From: Octopus vulgaris
Lineage: Eukaryota
Assembly: GCA_951406725.2 (NCBI GenBank)
Contig: OX597823.1
Span: 46,996,001-47,060,000 of the forward strand
Length of the DNA stretch: 64,000 bases
Direction of reading: 5' to 3'
Shown: positions 55,397 to 64,000 of the stretch, piece by piece
Numbering within the stretch: the stretch's first letter is position 1
Layout of the letters: the number at the start of each line of letters is the position of its first letter
Position numbers and translations under genes: made by a program
Notes under the pieces: model-generated
Told to the model about the DNA's origin: nothing
The model's database searches: none
Seen by the model: only the letters and a program-made list of their open reading frames with translations

Positions 55397-55629
55397 GCAG
55401 ACAGATAGATTATGCATGTATAATCATAATACATGCAAATATATGTGCGCGCGTATGTGTATACGTAAGTGTGTGATTTGACATTGAAATTTCCAAACTT
55501 TAAAAATGTTTTGTCTGTAATAATAAGAAGCAATAAGCTTTCTATGATTAGAGATAAAAGAAGGATGTTAAAAAGTAATAAAATAACAATAGCCTACATA
55601 GGTTTGAATTGTCGTTTATATGCTAGTAC

Positions 55630-56060
55630 TGCTCACTTAGCTGGCAGAGTCGTTAGCGTAGTGGACATAATGCTTAGCAACATTTCGACCGTCTTTACGT
55701 TGAGTTCAAATTCCGCCGAGGTCGACTTTGCCTTTCATCCTTTCAGGATCGATGAATTATGTACCAGTGAAACACTGGAGTTGATGTAATCGACCAGCCC
55801 TCTCCCTCCTTTAGTAGAAAGGATTGTTACTAACTTAGCTAAGACGGCAAGCTGGCCGAATCGTTTGCACACTGGACATGATGCTTACAGCAGCATTTCG
55901 ACCCTCTTTACGTTTTGAATTCAAATTTTCTAGAGGTCGACTTTGCCTCTTCATCCCTTTCACGCTCGATAGAATAAGTACCAGTTGAGCATTTGGGTCG
56001 ATATAATCGACTTACCCACCTTCTCTTAAATTGTTGGCCTCGTGCCAAAATTTGAAACCA
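55630..56060 (+). mobile_element. Two tandem family A SINEs
   Basis: Family matches at ~55630-55830 and ~55843-56060. Confidence 0.8.
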
Positions 56061-57369
56061 TTATTTAACATAGATAACTATGGCAGCTGTCTTTGTTCTC
56101 CACGACCTTACAAAAGCGTTGCTACCGTGACAGTCCCCGCTCCTCGTGAGCATTAAATATCTAAGATTGCGTTGTCCAACGAGTCCTCAATTTTAAAGGC
56201 GGTGGGGTGTAATTCAAAGTTGATTTAACAGCTACTTTTAGCAATATTGGGCTTTCTCTTCTTCCTTTCATAATCTGATACAGTCATAGGGAAGCCTTCT
56301 CGTTATTCGGCGCGTCTTTGAAGACCTCAACATAGCACTTATTCCTCTCCAGGCTTGATTACAACTCATTTCACTCAGAAATGAATAAGGGAAAGGGATT
56401 CCTGTACAAGTTCGGTATGTTTTTTCATCGAGATCGGAATACAAAAACAAACAAAAAATGAAACGCCAAGTTCACGCCGGCAGTATTTGAACTCAGAGAA
56501 CCAGGCACCAATGAATCTATATCCGACGTCTCTAGTAACTGTACCAATTTGCCGCCCTTAGCCATAATTTGTGTTGCTTCAAATAACACCGTATTTGTAT
56601 AACAATGACAATAAATAGTATCGATTTCAAGTGAATAAAGTTAAATTGAAATAAGAGTGTTGATTATAGTCGAAGAAAAGCTTTGTGGAATAAGAAATGT
56701 GCTGATTTATATCAGTAGGCGAGAGTTTTGGCAACTGCAAATAGAAGTGTGCATAGATGTGTGTGTGTATGTGTGTGTGTCTGTCTGTCTGTCTGTGTGC
56801 ATACATCTGTGTGTGTGCTTGTGTGCTTGTGTGCTTGTGTCTGCATATGTGTGTCTGCGCGTATGTGTATATGTGCGTATTTGTTTCTATGCGTATTTTC
56901 ACTTTGGACGTTTTGCTTTAACGAAATGTTTAGCTAAATTTTCCCGTGTATCTCAAGTGGCTATAGTTATGTATCTATTTCAAACTTAATGGTGATGATA
57001 TACCGGTCCATATTAACCATTACCGAAAATAACTATGTGCTTAGGGTGCCAAGAGAAATGAACGGCACTGAGTATTTGTCAGTGCCATACTTACTATGGT
57101 GCAGTTGAAATTGAGCCCCGAAAAACTCCTGAAAATGTGCGTTCTTTTCTTGTTGCCTTCGTCATAAATAAATTATTCGCTTTCATTACTTACACGTATT
57201 TAATCTTAAATAAATAGATTAATATAAAGTTGGACTTGGGGGTAACCTGGGAAAATAAAACTGAATTCTTCATCCTTTACTCAGCACTTATGTCGCAATA
57301 ACGGTCTGTAAGTTACACAACACAAAAGTAGAAGTAGGAAATATTATTGGAATGTCCTTTGGGCAGCTG

Positions 57370-57681
57370 TTGGTCTTACCCCACCCTCCATATTCATCAG
57401 ATATTGCTCCTACGGATTTCCACTTATAAAGGTCTCTGCAGAATAGTCTTAATGGAAAAAATTTCAATTCCTTGGATGAGGTAAAAATATACCTTGATGA
57501 ATTCCTTGCCATGAAACCACCTCAATTCTGGGAAGAGGGTATTTTTAAGTTAAAGGAAAGATGGAGACGCATTGTGCAACAAAATGGTTCATATTTGGTT
57601 GATTAAAAATGTAATGGCAAGTATTTATCGACCTTTTTCTTTCCTTTAAAAATCGGCACGAACTTTCCTGACAACCCAATA
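57370..57681 (+). mobile_element. Mariner 3' end with right TIR
   Basis: VLPHPPYSSDIAPTDFHL*RSLQNSL..KLKERWRRIVQQNGSYLVD* (stop 57604-57606); TIR ..GCACGAACTTTCCTGACAACCCAA plus TA. Confidence 0.9.
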
Positions 57682-58219
57682 GTTTAACGACTGTCATTCC
57701 TAGAGGTCATATTACAATACATGAAGTGGTTTGCTCATTGACAATATTGAGTCGACAATTTATAGTTCACAGTTCACTCGGACATTTCATTTCCACGTGA
57801 AAGTTCAATGTCGAAAAGCCAAGTGAACTTTAGTGTGTCGGTCATGGTAAAAATTTAATTTTCATTTCAAATTAATGCAAATGTTTACTTTTGAGGATTA
57901 CGCTAAAGGTTAAGCCCCAAATTACAACTTCACCTTAAATGGAAAACGATCAGATCAGTGCGGTGATGGTTAGTTGCTGCAAAAACTTATGTTTTCCTGG
58001 TAAGTGACAATACGACAATATTCAAATTATACTAACGTTGGAGTTGATGATCTGATCTTCATATATTTGGTTCTATTGACGATTATTATATCTCCTCCAT
58101 AAGACGAAAATACGTTCTTTCAGCGATAATTCAAAAAATTTTAAGTGCAAAAAACACAGCAGATGTAAAATCAATCTTTACATATGTACAATATACATAT
58201 ATACACTATACATATATAC

Positions 58220-58757
58220 ATTCATGCATACTCCAAATACTGCACAAACACACATACATACCCAAATAACCTGTGAATGTTGGTGAAATTCCAATGAAGG
58301 AGCGTTGGATCTTGATTAGAAACCGGTTCTTTCTCTATTGGCAAGAAATCTTGAAATAAAATTGAATAATGATATCTAGATATACATACATACATATTTA
58401 CATACATACGAAAATCAAAGAGAAAGATAACTATGGACAACTGCTTCGAAACTCCCAGCTTCAATATCCAGATTATAAATTCGTATTCATGCCAATAATA
58501 ATTGGTGCACTTGATAGTCTGCATCCTCTAGGGTTTTCAGAAAAAGAAATCAAACAACTAACTTGCACGTTACCAATACAATCTACAAGTGGAACAGTGA
58601 AAATATGCAAGACTTTCCTCAAGTTTAAAATGGACATCGTTTTTACTTTTTTATTTCTTTTAATCTGCATTTCAACAATGACGCTCTGTATTTTTGTTAG
58701 AAACGACCTCCTTGCTCAGAGGAATAAATTAAATAATTGAAAACGGAAGAGAACATG
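58220..58757 (+). mobile_element. Two stacked R4/Dong-type 3' fragments
   Basis: 58220-58375 matches the 3'UTR at 5980-6035. 58410-58630 encodes KIKEKDNYGQLLRN..PIIIGAL..SGTVKICKTFLKF. CATA repeats between and after. Confidence 0.85.
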
Positions 58758-59032
58758 CATACATACATACATACATACATACATACATACATACATACAT
58801 ACATACATACATACATACATACACACACACATTTTATATCTTTTATCTTTCATCTTTTATTTGTTTCAGTCAATCGACTGCTATCATGGTGGAGCCGTGC
58901 TGGAGACATGTTGAGGCCATACTGAGGCCATGCAGTAGGAAACACTCGCCTGAAGCAACACAGAGTGGAACTGAACCCGGAACCATGTGATTTGAGAACC
59001 AAGCTTCATACCGCACATCCATGCTTGCGTCA

Positions 59033-59137
<105 letters not shown>

Positions 59138-59554
59138 CTAACTGACTCACGCATCCTCAGATTCCTGGAACTGATTTGATTGAAAAGCAAAAACAGAAAA
59201 AATATTTAAAAAAAAAAACCTTGCCCCTTTGACCGGATTGACTGCTATGAAGACCTTAAATTGCGAAGCAAACATACATACATACACACATTTCTATACA
59301 CATACACACACTGATGGTGAGACGTTGTTTCCTTTACTAGCACAGAGGTACGTCTATTAGGATTTCGAGATAATTCATTACAAGTGGTGTTCTCGTATTT
59401 CTATAGAACAAAATAGCGGCCAAAATCGTTTTATTTATTCACTACTCCATCGCTGACCTGAAAACTGACACTTTTTGACCTTAAAACGCAGAATTTGAGA
59501 TTTGAAACAAAACAATGATTTCGCTACAAACAATCTCTCTCGCTCTTCTCTTTC

Positions 59555-59612
<58 letters not shown>

Positions 59613-60161
59613 CTTTCTCTCTCTTCTATTTTATTTTCCATTTTCTTTCTTGATATTCTATTCTACATTCTTTCTTAATTTCAAAAGTGGCTGGGATAGC
59701 GTCTGCTTACAATTTTTATTACTATTATCAAACTATTGAATTTTCGATACATAGTCTCTACCTTCAGAAAACTAGGAATATATATATATATTTAGTTTTG
59801 TGAAACTTATTTTCAAGGATCTTTACCTTTTGCCCAACAGATTTAAAAGATAATTTTTTCTAACTAAATACTTTCAAACTTCGGACACTGGTAGAATGTG
59901 TCATATGAAGCATCTTTTGCAATTAGCATTTTTGAGAATAACTTATATTTACGAAGTTATTTCACGTTAACGTTCTCGTATTTCGGTTATAATAAGTACT
60001 AGGCTAAAAAGAAAAAGCACTTCGGTCGATTTTTTCTACTAAAAATTTTTCAAAGCGGTGACCCAGCATGGCCGCAATCTAATGACTGAGAAAAGTAAAA
60101 AGATAAAATGAAAGATGCGTATAAACACACATATGTAAGTTCGCAACGTGCGCACTGAATG

Positions 60162-60263
<102 letters not shown>

Positions 60264-60399
60264 AAAGTAAAATAATATACAAACTGGGACAAGAACGTGA
60301 AACATTTAGAAGACGACACAAAAACGACATTCGAAACCCTCAATCATCAGTCAAGAACCGGATCATCTTCGCAATTTCGGCTGATATATATATATATAT

Positions 60400-60614
60400 C
60401 AGGAGTAGCTGTGTGGTAAGTAGCTTGCTAACCAACCACATGGTTCCCCCCTCACTCCCACTGCGTGGCACCTTGGGCAATTGTCTTCTATAGCCTCGGG
60501 CCAACCAAAGCCCTGTGAGTGGATTTGGTAGACGGAAACTGAAAGAAGACAGCCGGATATACATGTGTGTGTGTGCGTGTGTGTGCGTGCGTGTGTGTGT
60601 GTGTGTGTGTGCGT

Positions 60615-60668
<54 letters not shown>

Positions 60669-60870
60669 CTTTGTTTGTCCTCCCTTCCATCGCTTGACAA
60701 CCGATGTTGGTATGTTTACGTCCCCGTAACTTAGCGGTTCGGCAAAAGATAACGATAGAATAAGTTCTAGGCTTACAAAGAATAAGTCTTACGGTCGGTT
60801 TGTTCGAGCAAAATGGTGATGTTCCAGCAAGGCCGCAGTCAAATAACTGAAACGAACAAAAGAATAAAAG
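60400..60870 (+). mobile_element. Family B SINE
   Basis: Family match. Confidence 0.85.
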
Positions 60871-61164
60871 AATATATATATATATATATATGTATATATA
60901 AGCGTTAAGAACAGTGATGAACTTCCAACAAAACAACGAAATGCAAACATAGCCAACATGATATACTTGTTTTGGGTAGAGAATATTACTATACAGTTTA
61001 GAGGCCAGATGCTCTGCAGATGTGAATGATTCATTCCGCATAAATTCTCTTTCAACTTTTAAAAAAATTTGAAAGATTATTTTTGTGGCCACGGCTTCAA
61101 AATAAACACCTTCTCTGTCTAAATAATAAATTCGCATATGTACCTATAGTTAATTCTTTTATTT

Positions 61165-61609
61165 TTTTTTTTACTTGTTTCAGTCATTTAGCTGAGGCCA
61201 TGCTGAAGCACTGCCCTAAAGCGGTTTTGTGGAAGAAATCGAAACCAGGACTTATTCTTTGTAAACCTAGTACTTGCTCTATCGGTCTCTTTTGCCGTAA
61301 CTGCTAAGTTACGGGGACGCAAAGACACCAACATCGGTTGTCAAGCGATGGTGGGAGACAGACAGACAGACACACACACACATACATATATATATATATT
61401 TATTCCCGTTTTCGTTTTCGTTTCGTCTTGTTCCACGTCTCTGTCCTTCTGTTGTAACAAAATAGCTTTCCCGTTTTCGTTTCTGTTGATTTTTACGTCT
61501 TCTTGTGGTGTCCTGTACGTATATATATATTTATATATGCATGTATATATACATGTAGATGTCGGTACGTACATATATGTTTGTATGTATGCATATATTT
61601 TATTTATTA

Positions 61610-61661
<52 letters not shown>

Positions 61662-61820
61662 GACGTGTTTCTTTTACTTTCCGTCTACCAAATCCACTCA
61701 GAAGGCTTTGGTCGGTCCGACGACATAGTGAAAGACACTTGCCCAAGGTGCCATGCAGTATGACTGAACCCGGAACCATGTGGTTGAGAAACAAGCTCCT
61801 TACCACACAGCCACGCCTAC
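61165..61820 (-). mobile_element. Family B SINE with extra sequence inserted in its internal microsatellite
   Basis: Halves at ~61165-61370 and ~61660-61820. Confidence 0.75.
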
Positions 61821-63229
61821 GTCTATCGCAGCCACGTCTAAGCAGTAGTCTCCAAAATTTGAGAATCGGATATGTACTTTGCAAAATATATGTGAGTGAA
61901 ACAGCAAAAGTATGCAAAAGTTTACTGAAATTAAGCATACGGTATTTCACCATCGTTGTTATCCAAATTCCATTGACGGCGCTTTGTTTCATTACTAAAA
62001 AAAAAACCATTTCCTTCTGTATAGAAAGAATTCAGAAAGATAACACGCGCTAGCGCACACACCTACACACACACACGCACTCTCTCTCTCTCCCCCTCTC
62101 TCTCTCTCTCTTTCTTTCTCACACACACACACTCTCTCTCTCTCTCTCTTTCACACACACACACACATACACATCCACACCCACACACACGCACGCACAC
62201 ACATACACACATCTTTATTTGGTTAAAATATGACAGTGTTCCGTATAAAAAAAATAATGCCATCGGTTAGTTTGAATCTGTCGCATAACTTCTTTCTTTT
62301 CAATAGAAACCTGACATTCTACTTCAGCAATTTTCGCTAATTTCCTTGTTTACAATTTAGTTTCTTTTAGCTCTTTAATACTCTTTAATCCGCGTGTTTT
62401 CGTATTTTTTTTATTCAGTGCCATTACCATACTAGTCTTAACAGTATGTACCTAATGAAGGATGGCACCATTATTACTACCTACAATAGATAAGCGTTGT
62501 TGAGAGACCTATATATATATATTTTAATTAAATGTATTCAGAAAAGTGACGACAGAAGTAAACCACCCACTCGAGTAAGAAAAAAGCTAATCTATAGCAG
62601 AAAGCATCCCAAGAAAGTTTAGTAGGTCTTGCTTGTATAGGGACGAAATGGAGGTAAATGGGTGAGTGGATCTATTACTTGACCTACATAAAATAACAGT
62701 CAAATCTTCCTCAAATTACACCACCCAAGAGTCTTTTTAATACAGTCCAACATTCTTTGTGTGTAGAAAAGAAAAACAGATTATCAAGATAGAGCACCGT
62801 TGACGATGGGTCTTTTCAGCCAGAGTTTATTGAAAGATCTAAACAACAATCTGTATGAAACGAGATTTTTTTTTTAAGAAGCATTCTACTTTAGATATAA
62901 ACATGGTGTCTATAAGCAATATGTTATGTGGTCGGAAGCTCTGCCTTTTTACACCAAGAACGTTTATACACAATATAGCACTTTTTGTACACGGAAATAT
63001 TCGGACAAGTGTACTCAGCTTTGATCTTGCTTGTTATAGGACACAACGTTTCCGCCGCTGTAACTTCTGGCCTTTTTCAGATGTTTGTCCATTTGGTAAA
63101 CCTTCTTGGAATTTTTAACCAAACCCATTATTATCTCAACAAGATATGATATTGCTCCCTTTGAGATATCCATAAATGAGATGTATTTTTCTATTAATTA
63201 TTCTATATGTGATGTCCCTTGTTCAACGT

Positions 63230-63760
63230 AGCTAGATCCGGACTGTGCGCTTGATGCGATATAAGTTCAATCCCTCAAGTTCCTGGAGCTTATTTCTGGT
63301 CGTTCGAGCAGTATAATGCCTTGCGTTGTCTTACTGCAGAAGGGCTCGCTTTCTGTTAACTAATGCCGAGTATTTTTACCGCACAATGGCATACATATGC
63401 TCCAGTTGTTCGGAGTACAGGTTGGCATCGATGGCAGGACAGTCCTGAACTCGAAGTAATTTATCCTCTCATAATTCCACCAGATGCAAGCATCACCATG
63501 TGTTCGAAATGTCCATGTCTGACGACAATTTTCGTAAGTTGACCCTTGCTTAACTATTGTTTATGCACGTTTTCAGAAAATATTTCCATCGGATTATTTA
63601 CTTGTTCCGATTCATGACTCACTTCCTATACGAACTTCATTAACCATCTATAGGTGGAAGTTTCAATGAAGGAGATCTTCGCCTCGAAGAGCAAGAACTG
63701 GTATCAGCGTGGAATCAGAGAACCGCCAGAAAGGTGGCTTCAGACGGTACAACACTATAT
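63230..63760. pseudogene. Mariner transposase remnant with an internal inversion
   Basis: Minus strand 63583-63230: WWNY..IDANLYSEQLE..LLQ*DNAR..HSPDLA. Plus strand from ~63585: PSDY.LFRFMTHFL..WYQRGIRE..ERWLQTV. Confidence 0.75.
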
Positions 63761-64000
63761 TTTCAATGCTTTGTTGCTTGACGAATAAAGCAAATAAGTT
63801 AACACAATATTGATTCCAAATTTTGACAAAAGGCCAACAATTTCAGGAGAGGGTGTAAGTTAATTACATCGAAATTTTTGGAAACCATGAATGTTTCTTC
63901 CTTATATAACCCAATACAGACCACGATGAAGGGGTCGAAGCATGCATAGATGCCTTCGAAAAGCGGTCAAACAAAAGTATTCCAACAAATTTTCTCTGTA

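Noticed and set aside
60325-60385. Minus-strand CTGATGA..GAATGTC motif
   Set aside because: Lacks the GAAA core and a convincing stem II.

Overview
AT-rich, microsatellite-dense eukaryotic DNA. The SINE families and repeat landscape look cephalopod (Octopus-like); this is inferred from memory of those families. I can support no intact protein-coding gene, and nearly all listed ORFs are microsatellite translations. The window is a layered collection of decayed transposons: a near full-length R4/Dong-type RLE non-LTR retrotransposon plus truncated relatives whose 3' ends mostly abut (CATA)n repeats; Penelope-like fragments with several hammerhead-ribozyme motifs; mariner and DD37D remnants, including two copies of a 5'-5' foldback mariner and one internally inverted copy; Helitron, RTE and CR1-like fragments; hAT and Tigger-like MITEs; and three to four tRNA-derived SINE families, one forming seamless tandem multimers. 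There is also a 22-bp minisatellite, two long hairpins, and a ~550-bp duplication resembling a promoter plus first exon. A minus-strand host gene is only weakly suggested. All calls come from reading the sequence by eye and boundaries are approximate.
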